DNA from: Verrucomicrobiota bacterium
Lineage (GTDB): Bacteria > Verrucomicrobiota > Verrucomicrobiia > Limisphaerales > JADLHS01
Length of the DNA: 64,000 nucleotides
NCBI GenBank assembly: GCA_039806955.1
Contig: JBDHQI010000003.1
Coordinates: 29,856-93,855 of the forward strand
Direction: 5' to 3'
A program made the position numbers and the translations under genes. The notes beneath the pieces were generated by a model. The model worked only from the letters and a program-made list of their open reading frames with translations, was not told the DNA's origin and did not search any database. Of this stretch, positions 40,138 through 48,271 are shown piece by piece. Numbering within the stretch: the first letter of the stretch is position 1; each line of letters opens with the position of its first letter.

Positions 40138-41461
40138 GTTTTTGCATTGGTTTTAGGTGACGACGATGCGCCAGTTTCAGCCGACAAAACGTGTCGGCGG
40201 CACGTTGTCCAAATCGAAGCATGTAGCCGTGCAACCGATCCCATAGCAGACGGCGTCCGCGCGGAACAAAGCCCGTCGCGAATTCCATTGCCAGTGGCCG
40301 ATGGCCGGAGCGGGTGACATTCTCGCGTAGCTGTTGCTTGTCCGGCGTGAAGATGCGGATGCCACGCCGCCCCCGCGAAATGGTCACATACCATTGCTGC
40401 GCGTTCGTCGCGGGCTTGATGGTCGAATCGGAGAACAAAACATAATCCACCGTCTTGCCTTGCGAACCGTAGGACGTGACCGCGTAGCCGGGAAGAAATT
40501 CACGGAATGATTTGTCCAGGACGCGGCCATCGGTGAGTTCAACTCCACCATCGGGACGAACTGACTTTGCGGTGACAAGCTCGCCATTCGTGACGCGCCC
40601 GCCCGAAGCCAGTTTGCGGTTCGCTTTGAGATGAAGACGGTCGCCTTGTGCGACCGAGATTTCGCGCGGGAGATAAACCGTAACGTGATCCAGAACTTTA
40701 TTTGAAACGGTGATGAACTTCCCGCCGACCTCGACGAGCACGCTTGATTTCAAAATGCCCGCCAGCTTTCCTTTCGCGCCCGGTTCAGCTTCACGCACTT
40801 TCTGATTGAAGACTACGACGGCATCAGGCGGGTAGAATCGTTCATCCCGTTTCTGCGCGTTCGTCAGGTCGAGCTTGTCCAGGACTTGAACCGCCGTGTC
40901 GGTTGCACCGAGCAACCCTTTGCCTTTGAGCGCATCGCGGACGCGCGAGTTGACCCGATGCACTTCACCCCAAGTCTGCGAGACGACGACCGCCGAAGCG
41001 TCTTGCTCGGCGAGTCGAAGATATTCTTCTGCCAGCTTGTCGGCTTGATCGCCCAAGCCGCACGCCACGACTGCGCCCATCTTGTCGAGGCGTTCAAACG
41101 ATTCACTCAATTTGCCCGCCGCCGCTGATTCGACCGCGTTTCGATAATCCTTGATGCGTGTGCGCTCATCGGCGTCTTTGCCAAGCGCGGGGTCTTGCCG
41201 ACGAATCTTGTGTAACTCGACCGGCCTGACGCCGGCGTGCCGCTCAATTGCCAGCAACGCGTCCGAAGCCTCAACTGCTCCGTGCTGCCGCGTGTCGCCC
41301 GAAAGAATCATTCGAGCATTACGCTCGCGGACCAACCGCATCAATTCCAACATTTGCCGCCCACCGATTTGCCCGGCCTCGTCCACGACAACGACGGCGT
41401 GTTCAGCCAGTTCACGCTTGAGGATGAAATTGGCGACCGTGGTGGGCGACGGGAATGGCGC
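40064..41461 (-). pseudogene. 5'-truncated conjugative relaxase-helicase (TraI/TrwC/MobF-type helicase half only)
   Basis: The frame is open from the stop at 41462-64 and begins mid-domain: ..ELAEHAVVVVDEAGQIGGRQMLELM..ARMILSGDTRQHGAVEA.. (Walker B onward). UvrD_C-like YAVTSYGSQGKTVDYVLF is present. There is no Walker A, no relaxase domain and no plausible start (the track M is an internal GTG). Confidence 0.65.
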
Positions 41462-41516
41462 TTAGGAAGGCACGCCGGGAGTGTGCATGTTTGGTTCAGG
41501 AATCGGCTTGTCGCCT

Positions 41517-41573
41517 GATTAGTTTAGGCGGTATAGTTAAAGCATGGCTTTAACTACGCGCCACAAACTAATC
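41517..41573. promoter_or_regulatory. nested palindrome centred on the abiEi-like start codon (candidate autoregulatory operator)
   Basis: Outer arms GATTAGTTT (41517-25) and AAACTAATC (41565-73). Inner arms AGTTAAAGC (41535-43) and GCTTTAACT (41547-55) flank the ATG at 41544-46. Both tiers share the same centre (41545). Confidence 0.5.
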
Positions 41574-42287
41574 AAAAGCCTGCAAACAGCTTTCCCACGC
41601 GGGACGCCGTTTGACCATCAACAACTGGCGAAATTGGGCGTGTCGTCGGCGTTGGCGCATCATTATTTGAAGTCGGGCTGGCTGACGCGACTGGGACGCG
41701 GTGTCTTTATGTTTCCGAACGACACATTGCGTCGGGACGATTGTTTGAAATTCCTGTCTCGTCAAATGCCGGGCTTTCACGTTGGCGGGAAAACAGCATT
41801 GGCTTGGCGCGGCGTTCGCCACAACCTGCCCGCACGTGAACCGCTGTCATTGTGGGGCGAGGGAAAGGCCAGCTTGCCGGAATGGTTTGAAAAGCTGTTT
41901 CCGTCGCGCTACACGACGCGAAACCCGTTCTCCCCCAAGTTGCCAAAGAACTTTGGCCTGCAACCGCTGCCCGAAACGTCCGGCGGAGTTCTCGTCTCCG
42001 TGCCGGAGCGAGCGTTGCTGGAAATGTTGAGCGAAGTGGGTGTGCATCAGGGAATCGAGGAGGCCCGCAATATCATGGAAGGGGCAAGGTCGCTCAGGCC
42101 AGAAGTGTTGACCACGCTGCTGAAGAACTGCCGGCGCGTCAAAGTCGTGCGGCTTTGCGTGAGTTGGGCAGAAGAACTTAACTTGCCGTGGGCCGACGCA
42201 GCGAAAAAGGCAGCGGAAAAGCGATTGGGCCGCGGTCGCTGGATGCATCGCCTCAAGGACGGAACATATCTCGTGCTGAAATCATAA
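41544..42287 (+). CDS. AbiEi-like (type IV TA antitoxin family) wHTH regulator
   Basis: N-terminal FDHQQLAKLGVSSALAHHYLKSGWLTRLGRGVFMF fits the AbiEi N-terminal wHTH pattern (..G.L.R..RG.Y). It is 247 aa. No nucleotidyltransferase toxin gene follows. Confidence 0.65.
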   Translation: MALTTRHKLIKSLQTAFPRGTPFDHQQLAKLGVSSALAHHYLKSGWLTRLGRGVFMFPNDTLRRDDCLKFLSRQMPGFHVGGKTALAWRGVRHNLPAREPLSLWGEGKASLPEWFEKLFPSRYTTRNPFSPKLPKNFGLQPLPETSGGVLVSVPERALLEMLSEVGVHQGIEEARNIMEGARSLRPEVLTTLLKNCRRVKVVRLCVSWAEELNLPWADAAKKAAEKRLGRGRWMHRLKDGTYLVLKS

Positions 42288-42557
42288 TGGACAAAGCTTA
42301 TAGGCGGCTGCCTGATCCGGTGTCTCGCACTGTTGCATGGTGTCGGGTGCCGGCGAGCGAACGAAGCGGTCCTTGCGGACAGCTACGTTGGCGTTGAATT
42401 ACCAGCGACGAACAGGCTCATCTGGCTGAAAGGCCAAGTGACGCACGAATTGTTGGGACGGACAGGACAGACACGACGAATGTGACCGGAAAAGGCTCAA
42501 AATCCCAATTTGCGGGTGTGAAAATAAGAAGCCGGCTTATTTGCGTTTTTTGGCTTT

Positions 42558-42588
42558 CGTGAAAATAGCGAGCTGTGCTATTTTCACG
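42558..42588. promoter_or_regulatory. perfect 12-bp inverted repeat upstream of fic
   Basis: CGTGAAAATAGC (42558-69), 7 nt spacer, GCTATTTTCACG (42577-88), ending 16 nt before the fic ATG (42604). Confidence 0.45.
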
Positions 42589-42603
42589 GTCGAAAGTAAC
42601 GAC

Positions 42604-43758
42604 ATGGCCAGCCAATCGAACATTCCGGGCCGGAAAGTGCCGCTGGGCAAATACGAAGCCTTCGTGCCTGCCCCACTGCCGCCCAAGTTTGAATGGACGC
42701 CGCGATTGATTCGAGTCCTTTCGGATGCTGATCGTCTGATTGGAAAACTTGCCGGGGAAGGCGGACGCCTGCCGAACCCGCATGTCCTCATGCGACCGTT
42801 CGTGAAACGTGAGGCCGTTCTTTCCAGCAAAATCGAGGGGACACAGGCCACGCTCGGTGAACTGCTGGCGGCGGAAGCGGGCGCAACCGTGGATCGCAGT
42901 CCCGAAGACTTGCGCGAAGTGGGCAACTACGTCATCGCGCTGGAACATGGCATCGCCCGACTGAAAGACCTGCCGCTTTGTGTCCACATCATCCGCGAGT
43001 TGCACGAAAAACTGATGACGGGAGTTCGCGGCGAACAAGCGACGCCCGGACGCTTCCGTAAAATCCAGAACTGGATTGGGAAACCCGGCAGCACGCCGCC
43101 CACGGCGTCCTTCGTGCCGCCACCGCCCGATGAAGTTGAACCGTGTCTGGCTGCGTGGGAAAAATTCGTTCATGATTCGGATTTGCCGCCGTTGATCACC
43201 GTGGCGCTGGCACACTACCAGTTTGAAGCCATCCATCCGTTCCTCGACGGCAATGGCCGTGTCGGTCGTTTGCTCATCACGCTCTTTCTGATTGAACGTG
43301 GCATACTGCCCACGCCGCTGCTCTATCTATCCGCATTCTTTGAGGCCGCACGCCGGGATTACTACGATGGCCTGCGTGGAGTGAGCGAGCGCGGCGAATG
43401 GAACGAATGGCTTGAATACTTTTTGCTCGGCGTGGCGCGCATGTCTGACGATGCCCTGAACCGCGCGACGCGGATCAACACAAAACTCGCCGACTGGCAG
43501 AAGAAAGTGGCTGGCGACTCGACCAACGCGCCGTTGCGCGTGGTGGAACTTCTGGCGGCGAATCCTTTCATCACCGCGAAAGGCGCGGCGGACAAACTGG
43601 ACGTGGCGTTCACGACGGCACAACGCGCAATTGAGCGATTGGCGCGATTGAAGATCGTGAAGCAGGTCGGTGACGCCAAGCGCGATCGCGTTTATTGTGC
43701 CGATGCATTGCTGGACATTCTGGAAGAACCGGCACAATTACGACCACAGAAAGAGTAG
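42604..43758 (+). CDS. Fic/DOC family protein (AMPylase-type) with N-terminal inhibitory helix motif and C-terminal wHTH
   Basis: Start moved to ATG 42604 (MASQSNIPG..). The active-site loop is HPFLDGNGRVGRLL. The upstream SSKIEG matches the (S/T)xxxE(G/N) auto-inhibition motif. Confidence 0.9.
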   Translation: MASQSNIPGRKVPLGKYEAFVPAPLPPKFEWTPRLIRVLSDADRLIGKLAGEGGRLPNPHVLMRPFVKREAVLSSKIEGTQATLGELLAAEAGATVDRSPEDLREVGNYVIALEHGIARLKDLPLCVHIIRELHEKLMTGVRGEQATPGRFRKIQNWIGKPGSTPPTASFVPPPPDEVEPCLAAWEKFVHDSDLPPLITVALAHYQFEAIHPFLDGNGRVGRLLITLFLIERGILPTPLLYLSAFFEAARRDYYDGLRGVSERGEWNEWLEYFLLGVARMSDDALNRATRINTKLADWQKKVAGDSTNAPLRVVELLAANPFITAKGAADKLDVAFTTAQRAIERLARLKIVKQVGDAKRDRVYCADALLDILEEPAQLRPQKE

Positions 43759-43778
43759 CGCGTTGGTGACATTGTTCG

Positions 43779-43816
43779 CGGCTCGCTGGCGCAAGTCAGC
43801 GAGCCGTTTCGTTTTT
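43779..43816 (+). terminator. intrinsic terminator after fic
   Basis: CGGCTCGCTG (43779-88), 8-nt loop, CAGCGAGCCG (43797-806), then TTTCGTTTTT. Confidence 0.7.
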
Positions 43817-44483
43817 GCCGCGCCGCCCGGCACGGCAATGAGTCAAGTGTCAGTCAAGTTATTGGTCAAGCGGCGCATGGTCGCCGGGTAGCTCACACTG
43901 GCCACTCGCGCCGCCGGGATGGCCGCGCCCAGCCGGTGATGACGAGCCAGCGCCAGACGAACGGCTGCCACCACGGGAGACGCGGAGTGAACTGTGCTGG
44001 ACGACCGAGCGCGTGCCAGAACTGCAACGGCTGTGTGACACGCCGGAAGTAAGCGCCGGAGATGCGCGACTGCAAGCGTAGCCAGTGCCCAAGTGCCGCG
44101 TTCCATCCAGTGGGTCGCTCATCGCCGCTTCCGTGGACATCTCGTATATCAATGCCGCTGAATGCATCAAGTAGCGCGGCATGCCTCCGTCTGGCTCCAT
44201 GAAAATGGCCGCCAGTCGCTCAAAATCTATCGGCGCTTCTGCTCCGGTTGGCAGACGAAACCCAGCGCAGGGGATGGTCGGACGCGCGGTGATGGGTCCG
44301 GGGCGTTGTCTGAACCTGCATCTGCGAAAGTGGCGGCGGAGCGCCCGACTGCAAGCGGTGCGCGGATAATTCTGGCCTCCTTTCCTTGACCGCTTCCATC
44401 AATGACGGTCCACTTCCGACGGCGCCGGCACGTCAGTTAGACAGATTTCGTGCCCGCGCGCGTCCTGAACGGGAACGACTTGA

Positions 44484-44990
44484 ATGGCAGCCGACTTGGA
44501 AAGGCTTTACGACGAACACGCCCAGGCGTTGTTCGCCTTCCTGCTGAATTTCACCCGCGACGAGGCGGATACCCGCGACGTGCTCCAGGACGTGTTCGTG
44601 AAACTGGCCCGGCAGTCGGAACTGCTTGCGGCGGTGCGCGACGAACGCGGCTTTCTGCTCCGCCTCGCCCACAATGCCGCGATTGATCTGATGCGCCGGC
44701 GCGGCACGCGCGACCGGAAGCATGAACAGTTCGGCACGGAGCAACTCCCGGCTTTTGCTCGCACCGAAGATCCTGACGAAGCCGCGTTTCGCACCGAACT
44801 CGCCGCCGCGCTCGGAGAGTTGCCCGCCGACCAGCGGGCCGTGGTTCACTTGAAACTTTGGGAAGGCTTGACCTTCGAGCAGATTGCCGCCGCGCTGGAA
44901 ATTCCCCTGAACACCGCTGCCAGTCGCTATCGCTACGGGCTAGACAAATTGCGCGACCGGCTGCGTCCCCTGTATGACGAGATCAAATGA
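44484..44990 (+). CDS. ECF sigma factor
   Basis: Region 2 DVLQDVFVKLARQ..ERGFLLRLAHNAAIDLMRRR. Region 4 LKLWEGLTFEQIAAALEIPLNTAASRYRYGLDKLR. ATGA overlap with the next gene. Confidence 0.85.
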   Translation: MAADLERLYDEHAQALFAFLLNFTRDEADTRDVLQDVFVKLARQSELLAAVRDERGFLLRLAHNAAIDLMRRRGTRDRKHEQFGTEQLPAFARTEDPDEAAFRTELAAALGELPADQRAVVHLKLWEGLTFEQIAAALEIPLNTAASRYRYGLDKLRDRLRPLYDEIK

Positions 44991-45427
44991 ACGACGACTT
45001 TGAAAAGCGATTGCAGCGTCAGCCGGTGCGGCCCGTGCCTTCCGCCTGGCGGGAGGAAATCCTCGGTGCCGCGCGTCAGGCTGCCCCGCTTGTTCACACG
45101 CGGCGCGAGGCGTCGTCCGACTGGCTGGTGACGATCCGCCAGGTTCTTTCATTCCTGTTTCGCCCGCAACGCGCTGGCTGGACAGGCCTCGCCGCTGTCT
45201 GGGTCGTCATCATCGCCTTGCATCTGGCCGCTCGCGATGATTCAGCGCCGGCTCCGACGATGCAGGCTGCGAACATCACCTCACCGGAAACCTTGCGGGC
45301 GTTGCGGCAACAACGCCTGCTGCTCACCGAACTTGTGGGCCGCCCGGAAGAACATCCGCCGACCCGGCAGCACTCCGCGTCTCCCGGGCCGCGGAGCCAA
45401 AGGTGGGAGACGGCGGTGGCCGTTTAG
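44987..45427 (+). CDS. single-pass anti-sigma-like protein
   Basis: 146 aa, translationally coupled to the sigma gene. One TM (WTGLAAVWVVIIALHLAA). No zinc-finger motif. Confidence 0.55.
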   Translation: MNDDFEKRLQRQPVRPVPSAWREEILGAARQAAPLVHTRREASSDWLVTIRQVLSFLFRPQRAGWTGLAAVWVVIIALHLAARDDSAPAPTMQAANITSPETLRALRQQRLLLTELVGRPEEHPPTRQHSASPGPRSQRWETAVAV

Positions 45428-45441
45428 TGAGGAACAAACGC

Positions 45442-47190
45442 ATGGACAAAGAACCCAAAAGTATTTGGCGACGGCATCTCAAAGGCAGGGCGGGGATCCT
45501 CGCCTGGCTGTTCATCCTGACGCTGGGGGTTTTTGCCGCATTGCTGATCCTCGGGTTGATTTCGGCTCGAAATATCGAATGGTCCACGTTTGCGATTGGA
45601 AGTCTAGGCATTTCGTTCGTCATTGCGACGGGGGCAATGTTGATTTTCTTTTTCCTGCGCTGGCTGTGTTGCTGGCGGAATGTCCGTCGGTTCCTGTTCG
45701 GCGTCGCGTGTCTGATCACGCTGGTTGCGCTGTTCTACGCGGAAGAGGACTGGCGCGGGAAGCGGGCGTGGGAGAAGCATCGCCGGGAGTGGGAGGCCAA
45801 AGGCGAGAAATTCAACATTGCGGACTTCGTGCCACCGCCGGTGCCGGATGAGAAGAATTTTGCCCTGACCCCATTGCTCAAACCGGCCTTGGAATTCAGC
45901 CACAGCCCGCGGGGTGTCGTGTGGACGGATACCAACGGCTGGGCGCGCCTGCGAAGCATTCGCGCCGATCTCGCGCCCAGCCCCAGGCGGCTCACCAACG
46001 ACCACCTGGTCCTGGGCAGTCTGGAGAAAGGGACCTTCGCCGATCTCGCGGCCTGCCGGGATTTTTACCGTGGCAATACCAACTACCCGCAACCCGCGAC
46101 CCCCGGAACACCGGCTGAGGACATCGCGTTTGCGCTGGCGAAATTTGATCCGGAAATGGCCGAGCTCCACGCGGCGACGATGAGCCGGCCTTTGTCGCGT
46201 TATCCCATCGAGTATGGATTTGAGCCGTCGTGGGGCATTCTGCTGCCGCATTTGGCGGATTTGAAAGGTTTGATCCAAGTAACGCAACTCCGCGCCGTCG
46301 CTGCGTTGGCAACGGGCCGATCCGCTGACGCGCTCGCGGATCTGGAGGTGGGATTGCGGCTTTCGGACAGCATTCGTGAGGAACCCACCCTGATTGCCCA
46401 CCTCGTGCGGATTGCCGGACTGGCGATCAATCTCCAAACCCTGCGCGAGGGATTGTGGCGCCACGCATGGAACGAATCTCAATTGGCCGAACTCCAGACG
46501 TCTCTGGCAGCGGTGGATTTGCTGGCCGAATACAAGCACGCGATGCGCGGTGAGCGCGCGTTCAATACCGCCGGCCTGGATTACCTGCGACGACAACGCT
46601 TTCGGCTTAATCCCATGGATTACCTTGGCAGCGAAGACGGTGGTGCAGCCTCCACGCCCACTCCGGTGTTGATGCCGTCCGGCTGGTTTTACCAGAACAT
46701 GCTGACCATTTCTGAACTGTACCAGAACTTCATCCTGACTTCGGTGGATGAAAACAATCGGCGTGTCTATCCCGGGCAGTGCGCGGCGTTCGATTCGCGG
46801 TTGGAAGCCATGCGCTCTGGTCCTTACACCATCTTTGCCAGACTGTTGATGCCCGCCTTGAGCCGGGCCATCGTCAAGTCGGCACGGATGCAATTCTACG
46901 TGGACACCGCGCAGGTGGCCTGCGCGCTGGAGCGCTACCGCCTGGCGAACGGCAAATTTCCCGAGACGCTCGATGCGCTGACCCCGCAGTTTCTCGGGAA
47001 AGTTCCGCACGACATCATTGACGGGAAACCGCTGCATTACCGCCCCACCTCAGACCACGACTACCTCCTCTACTCCGTGGGCTGGAATCAGACCGACGAC
47101 GGCGGCGAGCTGGCTTGGAAGACCGACAAGGAACGGACTGTGGACGCCACGCAGGGCGACTGGGTGTGGACCTGTCCTGCGCCGCTTTGA
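45442..47190 (+). CDS. large membrane protein with helical-repeat body and pseudopilin (GspG)-like C-terminal module; paralogue of 48272-49711
   Basis: Start moved to ATG 45442 (MDKEPKSIW..), with several N-terminal TMs. FYAEEDWRGKRAWEKHRREWEAKGEKFNIADFVPPPVPDEKN. The C-terminus is ALTPQFLGKVPHDIIDGKPLHYRP..YLLYSVGWNQTDDGG..GDWVW. Confidence 0.7.
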   Translation: MDKEPKSIWRRHLKGRAGILAWLFILTLGVFAALLILGLISARNIEWSTFAIGSLGISFVIATGAMLIFFFLRWLCCWRNVRRFLFGVACLITLVALFYAEEDWRGKRAWEKHRREWEAKGEKFNIADFVPPPVPDEKNFALTPLLKPALEFSHSPRGVVWTDTNGWARLRSIRADLAPSPRRLTNDHLVLGSLEKGTFADLAACRDFYRGNTNYPQPATPGTPAEDIAFALAKFDPEMAELHAATMSRPLSRYPIEYGFEPSWGILLPHLADLKGLIQVTQLRAVAALATGRSADALADLEVGLRLSDSIREEPTLIAHLVRIAGLAINLQTLREGLWRHAWNESQLAELQTSLAAVDLLAEYKHAMRGERAFNTAGLDYLRRQRFRLNPMDYLGSEDGGAASTPTPVLMPSGWFYQNMLTISELYQNFILTSVDENNRRVYPGQCAAFDSRLEAMRSGPYTIFARLLMPALSRAIVKSARMQFYVDTAQVACALERYRLANGKFPETLDALTPQFLGKVPHDIIDGKPLHYRPTSDHDYLLYSVGWNQTDDGGELAWKTDKERTVDATQGDWVWTCPAPL

Positions 47191-47264
47191 TCGCGATTCG
47201 CTCCGTTCACAAATCGGTGTTCTCATTGAACCTTTTCTCGCCTTGGGCATTCCTCTGATTGTAA

Positions 47265-47819
47265 ATGCTGGTGGTGGCTGCACCCGAACAACTGCCCGTG
47301 GCCCAGGCCCGCGCCGGGAAACCGGAGGCGTGGGACGCTTTGTTCCGCCGCTACCAGAAACCGCTTTACGTTTATGCGTATGAAATGGTTCACGACGAAC
47401 AAGCAAGCCTCGACATCGTGCAGGAAACGTTCATCGCGGCCACCCGTCACCTCGGCAGCCTGCGCGACGATGCCAGGTTCGGCAGTTGGCTGTTTGGCAT
47501 TGCGCACCAAAAGTGCCTGCAACGCTGGCGCAAGCAGGATCGCGAATCGCTCGCATTGGAGGAACTGGCAGCCGCCCCGGAGGAGTTTGAAACCGACCCC
47601 GCTGATCTGCTCATCCGCCGGGAACAGGAGGTCGAGTTCATGAACCTGTTGAATCAATTGCCCTGGCCGCAACGGTCGGTGTTGCTGCTTCATTTCATCG
47701 CGGATTTTTCCCTCGACGAAATCGCCATGGTCACCGCCACGCCGCTGGGCACGGTGAAGTCGCGCTTGCACTATGCCAGGCGCGCCTTGCGGGAACTGCT
47801 GAAGGAGAAGGTCCAATGA
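47265..47819 (+). CDS. ECF sigma factor
   Basis: Region 2 DIVQETFIAATRHLGSLRDDARFGSWLFGIAHQKCLQRWRK. Region 4 LHFIADFSLDEIAMVTATPLGTVKSRLHYARRAL. ATGA overlap with the next gene. Confidence 0.85.
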   Translation: MLVVAAPEQLPVAQARAGKPEAWDALFRRYQKPLYVYAYEMVHDEQASLDIVQETFIAATRHLGSLRDDARFGSWLFGIAHQKCLQRWRKQDRESLALEELAAAPEEFETDPADLLIRREQEVEFMNLLNQLPWPQRSVLLLHFIADFSLDEIAMVTATPLGTVKSRLHYARRALRELLKEKVQ

Positions 47820-48238
47820 AAACACCGCGAGACATCCTGTTCCACCGGCATCGAGCAGCCGAGTCAAAACTCAACGCCCTCCGCCATGAGGTCGTGGCGC
47901 AGCTTGCTCCTGTTGCCACCGAGCGTCCCGACGCGCTCCCGTGGCGCGTGGCCTTCACCCTCTGGCGGGAACTCATCCTGCCCGCCCACCGGATTTGGGC
48001 CGGGCTGGCCTGTGCTTGGGTTCTGTTGCTCCTCGTCAACTCGCAGCTTGCGCCGCCGCCTCGTGCAACCGTCGCCGGGCAAGACGACTCGTCGATGGCA
48101 TTCTGGCAACGTTACCAGGAGGAAAGACGATTCTTCGCCGAATTGTCGGGAGTGGCGGGAATCAAAGCCGTCCCCCCGGCGCAACCGTTCACGCCGCGTC
48201 CACGCAGTGAACGTCCGTTTCAACGGAGGCCGGCGTGA
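47816..48238 (+). CDS. single-pass anti-sigma-like protein
   Basis: 140 aa, coupled to the sigma gene. One TM (IWAGLACAWVLLLLV). Confidence 0.55.
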   Translation: MKTPRDILFHRHRAAESKLNALRHEVVAQLAPVATERPDALPWRVAFTLWRELILPAHRIWAGLACAWVLLLLVNSQLAPPPRATVAGQDDSSMAFWQRYQEERRFFAELSGVAGIKAVPPAQPFTPRPRSERPFQRRPA

Positions 48239-48271
48239 TGCTGTCCCCAACCTCCTCGCCAACGATTTGCC

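Larger units (their letters stand above)
37551..43816. mobile_element. decayed integrative/conjugative element remnant
   Basis: The region holds an integrase stub, a tRNA-like sequence, radC, a truncated relaxase-helicase, an AbiEi-like regulator and fic. No intact integrase, relaxase or T4SS genes are present. Confidence 0.5.

Noticed and set aside
42188-42397. 69-aa ORF / 36-codon MDKAY.. ORF as an AbiEii toxin gene
   Set aside because: It is far too short for a nucleotidyltransferase toxin, and I cannot verify any similarity. At best it is a remnant.
42418-43236. 272-aa minus-strand ORF
   Set aside because: It is antisense to fic, whose catalytic motif is unambiguous.
43859-44433. Possible frameshifted gene (fragments such as PIDFERLAAIFMEPDGGMPRYLMHSAALIYEM and YFRRVTQPLQFWHALGRPAQF in different minus-strand frames)
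   Set aside because: The fragments are short, no family is recognised, and composition is ambiguous. The evidence is insufficient to annotate it.
47227-47258. TGAACC ... TCTGA resembling a sigmaE-type promoter upstream of the sigma gene at 47265
   Set aside because: The spacing between AAC and TCTGA is ~22 nt (expected 16-17). The TCTGA sits 6 nt from the ATG, so this is probably coincidence.
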